A stretch of DNA of 63,968 bases, the filler included, from Stramenopiles sp. TOSAG23-2 (Eukaryota), in the NCBI GenBank assembly GCA_900128395.1. It is 3 parts of 3 records of this genome, joined end to end, with 100 filler letters (N's around TTAATTAATTAA, not from the genome) between each part and the next. Parts side by side here need not be neighbours in the genome. Positions count along the whole stretch, not along the records: positions 1 to 23,089 come from LT649495.1; positions 23,190 to 46,214 come from LT649496.1; 1 more part is not named here. One strand, written 5' to 3'. Of this stretch, positions 21,657 through 33,436 are shown in pieces. Made by a program: the position numbers and the translations under genes. The notes below the pieces were generated by a model. The model was not told the origin of the DNA and did no database searches. It saw only the letters and a program-made list of their open reading frames with translations. Within the stretch, counting starts at the first letter, position 1, and the number at the start of each line of letters is the position of its first letter.

Positions 21657-22356
21657 CTATGCTTTTAAAGACATATTTTTAGAAACACTCTCCTTGTTTT
21701 CATTTGTTTGTTCTTTGTCTTCTTCTTTTTCTGGTAAACATAAATCGCCATATTCTCCATCAATTAATAAACCGTATTGCCATAAACCTTTCTTTTCCCC
21801 AAGTTGCTGATTCTTTTCATGTTCCTCACGTTGTTTGTTGCAANNNNNNNNNNNNNNNNNNNTCAATTAATAAACCGTATTGCCATAAACCTTTCTTTTC
21901 CCCAAGTTGCTGATTCTTTTCATGTTCCTCACGTATTTGTTTTTCATCACCTTTCCAATCTTCATATTTTTCTATGTTTTGTATACCTAACAAACGACAT
22001 GCTTTAATACGAATTTCAACTTCATCCCATTCTGGTAATAATTTTCTTCGTATTTCTGACCAATGACAAATACCATAATGCTGAATACCCTCTTTAAGCA
22101 ACGAATCCTCCGCGTTGCCCCAAACTAAATTTTCAGCATTACGAGGTTTAAAATACATCGAATCAAAACGACCTTCAGCATCTATCATTTCTGCTGGACA
22201 TAAATGTCGTCTCATTTTTAATATCCACTCTTCATCACGTTCATTTTCCGGTGGTGGCAATGGTACGACTACTACTGGCGCCGTCGCTTCCTCCCCTTCT
22301 TTCTCCACCTCCATGGGCGTTCCATTCGTATTATTATTATCCACAATCGCTGCCAT
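21657..22356 (-). CDS. Myb/homeobox-like protein resembling p2 (AMTP2) of the MTA1c/AMT1 DNA N6-adenine methyltransferase complex; interrupted by an assembly gap with duplicated flank
   Basis: Pattern MRRHL...G.FDSMYF...W...EDSLLKEGIQHYGICHWSEI...VEIRIKACRLLGIQNIEKY...N...G resembles ciliate p2 as recalled from memory. Removing the 103-bp duplicate plus gap gives one in-frame 198-aa ORF. Confidence 0.7.
21760..21934. other. Assembly gap (19 N, 21844-21862) flanked by an exact 72-bp duplication (unmerged overlap)
   Basis: 21760-21831 is identical to 21863-21934. Confidence 0.9.
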
Positions 22357-22547
22357 GGTTTTTATACAAAATACTCTGGTCTTCTTCTTTTTTTTTCTTC
22401 GTTAAAATATAATTTCCCACACACACACGCGCATTGCGTCCATCTTTTTTACAAAAATTTATATGTTTTTTATTATCCCGCCAATAATTTGTTTCCGATC
22501 ATCTGCAATAAAAATCTGACTAGAAAATCCAATTTTAAATATCATAA

Positions 22548-22848
22548 ATATTTAAGATGAAATCAATGCTCTCACTATATAATGATCATTTCAATGTCTT
22601 AAATCACGAAGATTTCCATTTTGGGATATCTTGCTTTGTATATATCCGAAATATTCAAAATAATTTTTCTGTTTATGATCTAGATCTGGGCATCTGGGCG
22701 GTGAAAAATAATCTTAATCTGAAAAATGCCACAAATATCAAAACATATTTAAGATGAAATCAATGCTATTACTATATAATGATCATTTCAATGTCTTAAA
22801 ATACCAAGATTTCCATTTTGAGATATCTTGCTTTGTATATATCCGAAA
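22548..22848. repeat. Diverged ~104-bp direct repeat, period 197 bp, near a contig end
   Basis: atatttaagatgaaatcaatgct...tatatccgaaa at 22548-22651 and 22745-22848. Confidence 0.9.
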
Positions 22849-23089
22849 CTATTTTTCAATATAATAATATCTAGTATATAGCATCGGAGCATGGCAGATG
22901 GATGACAAATTAAAATGGAAAAAAAGGAAATTTACGAAACCATATATATTCTATATATTTATTAATATTTTATAATACTTGGTAAAATGCAAACCAGCAA
23001 ATATTATAACATTCGAAAAATACAAAAAAAATATATTTTTACAAACGCATAATTTTTTTTAAATAACCTGGAGACCCAGCATATCTAGA

Positions 23090-23189
23090 NNNNNNNNNNN
23101 NNNNNNNNNNNNNNNNNNNNNNNNNNNNNNNNNTTAATTAATTAANNNNNNNNNNNNNNNNNNNNNNNNNNNNNNNNNNNNNNNNNNNN
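23090..23189. other. Artificial contig-joining linker N44-TTAATTAATTAA-N44 (stop codons in all six frames)
   Basis: Exactly 100 nt and identical to the linker at 46215-46314. Confidence 0.97.
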
Positions 23190-24603
23190 TTGAGGCGCAT
23201 CACCAGCTGGTGGATTATTATTCTTTCCGCCAGCTTCCGAATATGCTTTTAAAATACTAATCAGAAAAAGCAATCCTAACGACTGCAATAACAATATACG
23301 TTGATATTTAAACGATGACATGTTTAATATTTATAAAATATTTATGTCTGTGTTTGTATCTTTATATATATATATATATATATATATACCTACAAATCCT
23401 ATTCAAATCGAATCTATTTTGTATCAATATATCTACAAACCACGTTTATAATCTCTTGAATAACTATATATAAAATTGTTTGTGTTTATGTATGTGTGTA
23501 CCATTTATATCTATGTTTCACCTCTTTTTTTTATTATTGTGTATAATAATTATACTTTTTTACAATGTTTTTTTAGTCGTAATAATGCTATATGGTGCTA
23601 AAAAAGTCAATCATGTCGCAATGCTATCCTCTTGGCCCCTCTTTATTTCTACAACCAAAAGAAAAAAAAGAGGTGTCCTCCTTTATCAAAGGAAACAAAA
23701 AAAGGCTGTTGCCATATTCTTTTTATAGGGAAGCTTTATACTAAGCAAATAATTACATATTATATAATAAATAATGTGTTAAAAATCCAGTATTGATATT
23801 TAAAAACTATGAGGCAATACATATGTATAAAATGGAATAAAATGATATTTCATAAAAGTTGTATTACTAAAATTACAAAAGAATGGTATATATATTTAAT
23901 GAATTTCCATGTAATCTTGTGGTGTAGTGCTGTGGCTGTATGTAGTTCTGTGTTCTGTATACAGACGTCGTCTGTCCTGTAGTGGATTAGAAGATTATTC
24001 AGATTTTGAGTTTCTTTAGCTATAGCATCAACATAGCATTAAAATCCCAAAATTTAAAGGTTACCAAACTGACGACTATATTTAGAGTGGATAGTATTAA
24101 TAATATCCGATAATTAATAATTATTTACTAGGGTAAGTATACTTGTATAGTTAGTAGATGTGTTGATGATTTAGATTATTTTTAGATGATAAAAATTCCT
24201 GAAATGTCAATAATGTTAAGGCAAACTTCATCGGCATCACTTTAAAACTTTGTCTATACGACCAGCATAGCCTTTAAGCTAGCCTGGTTTTCGCACCTTA
24301 ATTCGGCACCCGTCTTCGATCCTTCGATGAAATGAAAATACACGTCATCAACGCCATCACGTGAATAATTAATAATAGTGGTAACTATTATTGAAATTAT
24401 TACTAAATATATAGCAATACAGAGCTTAGAAGAAAGCAAATGTACAAATGCAAATTAAGAATCAGATAAAACAATACAATAAAAAGGAAGTATATCTTTA
24501 ATCGTTATCAATAACAAATAGTGTTTTAAATTTTTTATAATTTCTGTTTTAAATTTTTTGATATAATACAATTATAATAATAATATTGTATATATATGTA
24601 ATC

Positions 24604-26800
24604 ATGGCAGAACTTGTTGCGAAGAATAATAATGCTTCATTGGCCTCACTAAATAATAATAGTGATGAAGAATTGTTCCTTTTTTTAGATAATATATTAA
24701 AGCGAGCAGAGAATTCTACTAATATATTGGATTTTACAGAAGCTGAATTGAAACAAACATCAGCAGCTATTAAACAATTAAATTTAGTTCTTGTGAAGAC
24801 CAGATATTACCATTTAAGATCATATAAAAGTTGTTTTATTGGGAAAGATTTTGTGAATGCGTTATGTGATGAGAAATTTACAAAGTTTCCAAATAATAGA
24901 AAAACGGCAACGTTGTTAGGAAATTATTTATTACGTGGTGGATTGTTACATCATGTATGCGATGACCACGTATTTAAAGATGATTATTTATTTTATCGAT
25001 TTTATAGTGATGATATAAAAGATGCCATTCGGCGATCATCGCTTCCTCCAGTAATAGGATTCCGAAGAAGAATACAAAGCTCGATGAGCGAGGATTCAAC
25101 GTCTGTTGATAGTAATAGTAATAATAGTAGTGTAGAGGAGAAAAATGTAGAACTTCCTGACATGGCTCAACTTGCTCGTTTAGCACGGAAACATTTACCT
25201 ATTTCAGACCGTAGATATCATTTAAAGATATATCATAATGCATTTACGGGGAAAGAACTTGTCAATATATTTATTGATAATGGCATCACCGATACACGCC
25301 CTCATGCAACATTACTAGGCAGAGCATTATGGACGGCTGGGTTTATCCATCATGTACATGATGATCATCAATTTAGCGATCGTGGTTTTTTTTATCGTTT
25401 TTATCAAGATGAAGATTATTTCACTTTTATGGACACTATAAGCTGGAAAAACGAACGTAAGCCAGGATTTCCACAAAATAAATGGGAACCAATTAAAGAG
25501 GATGAAAATATTGAATGGCGCATTGTTCCACATACAGCACATACATCTATTCTTTTTGAACCAGAAATTCTTGATGATAAGTATTTATGTAATAATTATA
25601 ATGCAAAATACAAAGGAAATATTCGTAACCGCGTGACAAACTTATTATATGACACTTATTATCGTGAACGTAATAACGATGATGCCAATAATGATCGAGG
25701 AAAAAAATCGAATTTTGCTTGGGAACCAGTTAGCAGTAATAATAAAAGTAAAGATGAATCATCAAATATTTCTATTTACAAATTAGCAGTTGACAGAAAC
25801 GAAAAACCAACCGTGTTAAAAAGGGTTGAATATATCAGTACTAAACGCGCGACAAACTTTTTATTATCAATTTTAAGTGATGGTGCAGTTGGAGATAGAC
25901 AAAATTGGTTAATTGATGAAGAGCATAAAATCCGTAAATTAAGTTGCAGCAAGGATTGCATCGATGTTGAAACATTGAGTAAATATGTTAAAAGTAACAA
26001 TCCAAATGATTTAAAATGTATCAATCAAGAAGGTCAACAAGCGGTAGTAATAAGAAAGGAAAAAAACATTAATGCATTACTTCCAATTTCTCATTCTTGC
26101 ATAGTGCAAGATACTTTTCGTATTGAAGATGCTACCATGGCAAAACAATATGGTTTTCCTATTGGAACTTGCATTATATATGAATTCAGCATTGAACATA
26201 TAAATGTAAATAGTAGACACCTTGATGCAAAAGAAAATTTAAATTATTGTCGTCCAAAGGTCTGCCCAGTGACACATTTTATACATGATCAGTTTGATGA
26301 TCAGTTTTATAAAATTAAAAGATTAAAAACAAAGGAAAAAAATTATTTTAACATGAAAGGTAGCAATAAAACTGATGGACAATCATCCAGTTTAAAAAAA
26401 AGCATGAGTAATCTATTCAAGAGGAAAGTACCAAATGTTGAAAAAGAAATTTTGTTAAATGCATGGGCTATTGAACCACCGGCTGAGAAAAAAGAGAACG
26501 ATGGTTCCATCGATGCGAAATGTAAAGTAACATTATTAAGCCAATCTATTTTTGGTGGGAAAAAATTACCATTCTGGATAGAGTGTGAAGTATTGAGGCA
26601 TCATCCCGTATTTGATGGACTAATGACAGACAAAAGGGATGCTAAACGTATATATGTTCGTAAAACAGCAATACAATCATCTGAAAAAGCAGAAACGCCC
26701 GTTGAAATAAGTTTATCCGATTTTGAAATAATGGCAGTCCTAGGACGTGGAGGATATGGCAAAGTGTTGCAAGTTAAATTAAACAAAGAAAAGAATATAA

Positions 26801-26832
<32 letters not shown>

Positions 26833-27873
26833 GAAGAAGAAAAAATTTTTGCAATGAAAGCGATTAAACGAGAAGCTGTTAAAGATGGAGATTCACAAGA
26901 ACGTCTAATTTTAGAACGTTTGATTTTAACGGAGTTACACCACCCTTTTATCACATCATTAGAGTATGCATTTCATACTTCAACAAAATTGTACATGGTA
27001 ATGGAATTTGTAGCTGGTGGTGATCTGTTTACACACATACATGCGGTGAAAGGGTTCACGGAAGAGCGAATATTAGATCATGCATCTGAAATAGTACTTG
27101 GTGTTGAAGCACTTCATCAAAATAGAGTCATTTATCGTGATTTAAAACCGGAAAATATACTTTTGGATCACAAAGGGCATATAAAATTAGTTGATTTTGG
27201 ACTTAGTTACAGAGGGGAGAAAAACTATGCTTTACGTACGGAGTCTTTCTGTGGTACGGAAAAATACATGGCCCCAGAGCAACTATTAAATCGCCAATAT
27301 GGTGCAGCTATTGATTGGTGGTCACTTGGTATTGTTATTGCAGAAATGGTTTCTGGTGGAAAGCACCCATTTGCCGGTCATAACAGATTGCAAACCTGTC
27401 GGAACATGGTTACTAAAAAGCAAACATATGTACGCCGCTTAAAAGGCGTCCCACCAGTATCAAAAGAGTTGATAAGTTTGATGAATGGATTTCTAGAAAA
27501 AAAAGAAGGCGATCGATTAGGATATGGTAGTAAAGGCTTTCTTAGGATTAAAAAAATGCAATTTTTCTCAGATGCAGATGGCGATCCTTTGGATTGGGAT
27601 GCTGTCATAGAATGTAAGCGGGATCTTACATTCACCCCAGATGTTACTGGTGCAAGTGATTTGAAATATTTCGATGACATTTTTACAGATGAAAAACCAG
27701 TTGATTCATTTGTACCTGGGGAAAATGGCAATGTCAAGCAAAAATCATGGTTCCATGGTGTTTGGCCATTTGGAACAAAGGCAAATAATAATACGAAGAA
27801 AGGATTGACAAAAAATAATAAATCACAATTTGAAGAATCATTCGACTATTCACCTCAAGCCAAGAAGCAGTAA
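24604..27873 (+). CDS. AGC-family Ser/Thr kinase with two N-terminal DEP domains and a possible START-like central region
   Basis: Two DEP motifs (RYYHLRSYKSCFIGKDFV...HHVCDDHVFKDDYLFYRF; RRYHLKIYHNAFTGKELV...HHVHDDHQFSDRGFFYRF). Kinase motifs GRGGYG, AMK, YRDLKPEN, DFG, SFCGT..YMAPE. AGC tail DLKYFDDIFT and FDY. First ATG at 24604. Confidence 0.92.
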
Positions 27874-28071
27874 AACACCCTGTGTGTGCGCGTCGTGATG
27901 TGTGTGTGAAGTGGTGGTGGTGGTATGTGTGTGTGGTGTATTAAAAAAAACATGTGGTACGACATTCGTACGGGTACATTAAACATTAATATTATATTAA
28001 AAAAATATAAAAATATGTTTTTACACGGGTGTCATATTTTACTGCTGAAAATTTAAAATTTTATTCTTTTC

Positions 28072-29373
28072 TTAAAATTTTGCTCTTCTCATAAAAGTGG
28101 TATTCATTTCTGTTATGGCACCATATACAATATTTCCCAAATTTGGACGATAATGTGGTGCACCTAATGCTTGCGTCATTCCTACGACAACAAATTCTTC
28201 TACCGGATCAACCCAAAAGATCGTTTTTGCAGCACCAGCCCAACAATATGATCCAGGACTTACACCCATATCACCATCTAAACCACTTTCCATTGAAATT
28301 GCAAAACCTAATCCAAAGCCGGAACGAGTAAGACTAACTTCTGAACTTGCTATGTTTTTATAACGTTCACTATCATATACCATATCAACAGTTGATTGTT
28401 GATTTGGAAGATGGTTTGATGTCATCCATTGTAACGTGCGTGGAGATAAAATCCGAGTACCTTCCAATATACCCCCATTTAATAAACAAGTTGCAAAGCG
28501 ATAATAATCATTACATGTAGAGGTTAAACCTTCTCCACCCGATTTAAATGTACTTAATATATTATCTGGATCATTTGCTTTTCCTGAATCATCGCTTACA
28601 TCAATAAATTTACCTGGTGCAATAAATGCATAATTTTTTGCTAGACGATGTTGCTTTTCTTTTGGTACAGTAAATCCTGTATCAAACATTTTTAATGGAG
28701 TAAAAATATATTGATCCAAATATTCACTTAATTCCATATTTGATAAAACTTCAATTAATCTCCCGACAACTTGAGATGCCCATGAATAATGCCATTTTGT
28801 ACCAGGATGAAATAACAAAGGCATTTTTCCTAATTCATTTGTAAATTCTTCCAATGTACAAGAGCGTCCAAATAAACCAGTGGCACCATTACCTTGTAAC
28901 AATTTATTTGATGCATATAATCCCTCTAATATAGATGTAGTTTGATCAGTTTCATCTGGAAAGTTAAAACCATAACTAAAACCAGCAGTATGACATAATA
29001 TATCTTTACACGTTATTTCAGTTTTAGCATCTTCTGTTTTATATTTTTTAATGGTATTATCTGGATTTGGCATAATGACTTTCATATCTTTAAATGCAGG
29101 TATAAATTTTGAAAGAGGGTCATTTAAACTAAATAGACCTTTTTCATACAGTTGACATAGACCAACAGAAACTACACACTTTGTCATTGAATATATTTTA
29201 TATATTGTGTCCTCCTTTGCTTCTCCATGTACGTTATTATATAATAATTCCCCTCGCCTTCCAACCATTATTTGTAACATCTTTAAATCTTGATTTTTAT
29301 CAATTTTTAATTTTAAAAATTTATTTAAATTTCTTTGTAATTTATTTACATCTACACCAGCAATTGTCGTCAT
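28072..29373 (-). CDS. Serine hydrolase, beta-lactamase class C / family VIII esterase-like
   Basis: Catalytic SMTK (SxxK), ILCHTAGF, LLFHPGTKWHYS, GGEGLTST, WAGAAKTIFWVDP. Confidence 0.93.
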   Translation of the reverse strand: MTTIAGVDVNKLQRNLNKFLKLKIDKNQDLKMLQIMVGRRGELLYNNVHGEAKEDTIYKIYSMTKCVVSVGLCQLYEKGLFSLNDPLSKFIPAFKDMKVIMPNPDNTIKKYKTEDAKTEITCKDILCHTAGFSYGFNFPDETDQTTSILEGLYASNKLLQGNGATGLFGRSCTLEEFTNELGKMPLLFHPGTKWHYSWASQVVGRLIEVLSNMELSEYLDQYIFTPLKMFDTGFTVPKEKQHRLAKNYAFIAPGKFIDVSDDSGKANDPDNILSTFKSGGEGLTSTCNDYYRFATCLLNGGILEGTRILSPRTLQWMTSNHLPNQQSTVDMVYDSERYKNIASSEVSLTRSGFGLGFAISMESGLDGDMGVSPGSYCWAGAAKTIFWVDPVEEFVVVGMTQALGAPHYRPNLGNIVYGAITEMNTTFMRRAKF

Positions 29374-29401
29374 TTTAGTTTCAAATCAAAAAACAAGAAA
29401 G

Positions 29402-29433
<32 letters not shown>

Positions 29434-29889
29434 TATATGTAGAAAATAGAATGGTAAAAGTTTTGTAATCTATTATTTTTTTTTCTTTGTTTTCCTTCTG
29501 TCCTATACATGGTATACACACCAGACATCATATCTATTTATTTATACAAAGTACCTTCCATTAGTTGCGAAAAGTTAAAGTTCAACAACCAATGTTGTTT
29601 TATGTTGTTCGTTGTTATATAGGAATATTAGTATACAAAATTCATACTTATAATATTTTTAAAAAAGTATGACACCTTTTGATTTTTTATCCTTGCGTAA
29701 GAATCAGTGCTATTGGGATGTTAAAATGCCCTTATTTTTAACATGAAAATCCTAGTGGGTGTATAGAGCATAGAGCAACTGTGATACTCATAAACTATTA
29801 CAACCATTTAAACCTGGCAATGATAAATATCCCATACCATACCATGTCTCCCATTGGTTTGATATATTTCAATGCTTTTCATTGCATTT

Positions 29890-31300
29890 TCATTATGTGT
29901 TTTTATGTGTGTCCAACGTTTTCTTGGAATTTTCTTTGCATGTTAAATAGATGAGGCTCTCTACCTGGTATTGCTCCTCTCATTTGTATATAGGAATCTG
30001 ATTTAATTTGGTAAATACCTACACTTCTCAAACTACTGCGTTTTTGTGCTTCCTGCATTGCTCCTTGTTGATCCATGTTTATCACTACAGGTTGTTGACC
30101 CAGTTTTTCTTTGAGTGCCACTTCTCTTCGTTCAGATTCAACTAAGGCAATAATAGAGGGGCATAAAACATCAGTTTCCTAATATTTATGTTGAACACTG
30201 CATGTATCAGCTGCAGAGGAAAACTCAGCGCTTTGTTTCCCAATATAAGACCCAGGTAGCTTTGTAATTGTTTACATACCTTCTTCCCTTTCTTCTCTTT
30301 CCTCCCCATGCATCCTCCTCCCTTGCATAATATCCCTGCCACTGCTTTCATAGCTACTGCTCTAGTAGAGCCATTTGAAAGCAAACTCACATTGTCATCA
30401 TCACTTTTTTTAGAAAACAAAAAAATGTTGGGTATTTAGAGGTAGAAATAACATACTACTTAACATTTAATAAACCCTTGTATGAGATTACAACAAGAGC
30501 GGAGTCAGACAAACAAAATTCACCAAAAGTATATGATTGGATTTTTCAGTTGTTCCTTCAACATGCTCTAAAAGATGGAAATGAAAGGTTTACTTCAACT
30601 AATCGGAGTGCTAGCTGTCCCAGTGTCAAAGTTTGCAGAGTTGTAAAGATATTCAGCTTGCTACTGCTTAGGCCGGACATGTCAACTGCTGCATTTTTGG
30701 TTTTTGTTGTATCACACACCATTAAATAATATCTATACCATCTTTGTTGTTTTTTTTTTTATTATTAATATCAAAAAAGTATCCTGATGTTGCATATGGG
30801 AAAAAAAAAGTATATGACAGTGGATCTGATTGTGGTGCCCCTACATTTAAATATTTTGTTTCACCATTTACTGCAGTTAATGCAATTTTATTCTTTGATG
30901 TCCCTAATTGTTGATCACCTATAATAATACATGCAACAGTGCCATTACTTGTTGGGAGATTGTATTGACCTTCATGGGCACCTGGAGGGAGTGCAACATT
31001 AGTAGAAACATGTAAATCAAATGTTGGTGCATGTGGGTGTGCCATCATATTTTGCTGCAAGGTATGTAAAAAATGATTGTGGTCATTTATCTCTTCCTTT
31101 ATCCTTTCACTTATCCTTTTAATATCTTCACTAACATTGTATATGGTATTACTATTTTCCCGGAAATACATTTGCAAGAATGCTGGGCCCATAAAAGTAT
31201 ATTTAAAGATAACAACAGAGAAGAACTGACAGTGTCAGAGTGGGAAAAAGCAAAAATTTATGATATGTACCACCTGGTTGTTTCAGTAGATCACCTCCGT
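29890..31300 (-). mobile_element. Degraded Helitron Rep/Hel N-terminal remnant (frameshifts and stops)
   Basis: Minus-strand fragments in the order expected for Helitrons: HNYGGDLL (~31300), PAFLQMY, YNLPTSNGTVACII, SDPLSYTFFFPYATSGY (ORF 30722-31192), shifted-frame WYRYYLMV (~30740), GAIPG...MQRKFQE (~29920-29980). These resemble consensus YHxIGSLL / PxFAQLY / YNxPTxxEVAAII / DPLQYPLLFPxGxxG / YYxYRLMxR / PSSFxGSPRxMxxxYQD. Confidence 0.75.
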
Positions 31301-31806
31301 AATTATGTAAAATGTTACAATTACATAAAGCAATGCATCACCCAGAAAAAAAAAGAAGAATAGTAGTTATATCTAAGCAAAGCTATACAGGGAGGAAAAG
31401 TACCAGTAAACAACCACCACCTTGTTTGTTTTATCCAAATCCGAAATTGAAAATAACACCCGCTGTGTCTATGCTATTGGTTTTAAGCGTACTACTATGC
31501 TAGAATATATTTACAATGGGCACAGCATTGCCTACGATCCCACCGGGTCTCACAATTATTTCTCTTCATTCAGCTCAAAATCGCCGTTGCAACCCGTTGG
31601 ACAGTGTAAAAATATATCTATCTCACACATCACACAGACACACACAGACACACAGGTAAATGGTTGAAAGGAACAAATTAAATATTCAAAAAAGGAATAG
31701 AAAAACATATAATATATACTTTAAAGTATTTCTATTCATTTGAAGAAAAGTAAATAATAATAATAATAATAATAATACTAGTACGCGTGAAGAAAATAAT
31801 TTTGAT

Positions 31807-33054
31807 ATGGGTTGTTGTTTTAGTTGTTGTTGTAGTAAAACAACATGGTTGTATGATGAAGATAAATGGGAACAATTAATGATACCACTCGAAGAAAATA
31901 TATTCAAAGAATGTGGTTATCAAAAAGGTACAGATTATGATGCAACGTTTACTATGATCGAAATGGATGATGCGCCGTTTAAAGTGCGTACGTTTTATAT
32001 CGGCGATGATGCAGGGAAAGCAAAGGACAAGCCAACTGTTTTTTTTATACATGGAAATATGATTATGTTTAGTGCATTTGCAAATTTTGCTAAAAATTTG
32101 AGTCAACATTACAGAGTGGTTGGTATAGACTTAGTTAATTTAGGACTTAGCACACGATCACCACAAAGTCATCGAGATAAAATTGGTACTGATCATGACA
32201 AAGCAGAAGCATGGAATACGGAATACATTGAAAAAGTTGTAAATGCATTGGATTTACCATCGAAATTTTTTATATGTACGAATTCAATAGGTGGCTGGTA
32301 TGGTATGAGGTATGCATCGTTACATCCTGAACGTATTGATGGTTTATTTTGCATGACACCACCTGCAACTACACCATATGATCCTGATAATAATCCTCGT
32401 CATAAAACTGGCCATGGAGTTGCCATTGATCTGGCTACATCAACGAAATGGGAAGATACGAAAACTACAGATTGGCATAGGGAAAGAAATGCTAAAGGTT
32501 TACATGGATACCATAAAGAATTACATTCACAAGGCACATGTATGAAAAAAATGGTGCTTGGACTTCTTCAATATTTCAGCGCAGCGTTATATAACAAATC
32601 AAATACACCACCAGCTGCTGCAAAAGCAATTGGTAAATATGCATATCATATGTTTGGCCGTACTGGTGGCGCAGATCAAACTATGGAACCAATGTTTGTT
32701 TGGCCATATTTATTGAAGCACCCATTTCAAGCAGAGGATCGTTTAAACAATCCAAAGTGCAATTTTCCAATGGCACTTGCATTTGGCGCTGCTGATCCGT
32801 TTGCATCAAATATTGGTGGGGAAGATTTATTAAAATTAATAGGAAATCATAATGGTGGACGTATTAATCTTTTTAAAATTGGTGGGGATAAAACAGATCC
32901 AAAAGATGGTGCACATCATAGTTTTTACATTCGATTTGAACAAGAATGTGTAGATGCTATTGTTGGTCATTTTAATGGCTCTATAACTGGAAGATGGGAA
33001 CCAACTGTGCATGGAAGTCATCTTAAACCTGGTACAAGGCCTGGAGGTGACTAG
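31807..33054 (+). CDS. Alpha/beta hydrolase (ABHD4/5-like) with an N-terminal myristoylation/palmitoylation motif
   Basis: FFIHGN oxyanion region, IDLVNLGLS, nucleophile elbow TNSIGG, C-terminal GAHH, N-terminus MGCCFSCCCS. Confidence 0.85.
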   Translation: MGCCFSCCCSKTTWLYDEDKWEQLMIPLEENIFKECGYQKGTDYDATFTMIEMDDAPFKVRTFYIGDDAGKAKDKPTVFFIHGNMIMFSAFANFAKNLSQHYRVVGIDLVNLGLSTRSPQSHRDKIGTDHDKAEAWNTEYIEKVVNALDLPSKFFICTNSIGGWYGMRYASLHPERIDGLFCMTPPATTPYDPDNNPRHKTGHGVAIDLATSTKWEDTKTTDWHRERNAKGLHGYHKELHSQGTCMKKMVLGLLQYFSAALYNKSNTPPAAAKAIGKYAYHMFGRTGGADQTMEPMFVWPYLLKHPFQAEDRLNNPKCNFPMALAFGAADPFASNIGGEDLLKLIGNHNGGRINLFKIGGDKTDPKDGAHHSFYIRFEQECVDAIVGHFNGSITGRWEPTVHGSHLKPGTRPGGD

Positions 33055-33436
33055 AAAATAATGTTTCAAATAATATGATGCATTAATAATTCGTGTCCGC
33101 ATATATTTACACATATATACACGCTGTTCACATCAGTTGATTTTTGAGTTTAAATTTTTGATAGATTGAGAGATTAGAGAGGTTTACAGTTTACAGAAGA
33201 GAGTAAGAGAGTGGAGTGCAAAGTGCAACAAAAAAAGGCAAAAAGGAAGGGGCGCACTTGTGATTTCCCCCCATTTAACATATAGACACCACGCTAAAAA
33301 CATTCTTATGCATATATCATAGAATAAAAAACAATGGTGTGGTGTAAAATGATATTTTTGAGATAAATTTTACTATTATTACCCCTCTCTCCTCTCTCTC
33401 TTCTTCAAAAGAAATATTTTCTGTGTTCTCTCTTAT

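Noticed and set aside
21760..21934. 72-bp direct repeat and the short X-containing ORFs
   Set aside because: Exact duplicate flanking an N gap; collapsing it restores a single in-frame CDS, so it is an unmerged assembly overlap.
23090..23189. TTAATTAATTAA palindrome within N runs (also 46215-46314) as a biological site
   Set aside because: Identical 100-nt construct twice with stops in all frames; it is an artificial contig spacer, so adjacency across it has no meaning.
30478..31667. Plus-strand short ORFs in the 30-31.7 kb region
   Set aside because: Antisense to the Helitron remnant or non-coding; no motifs.
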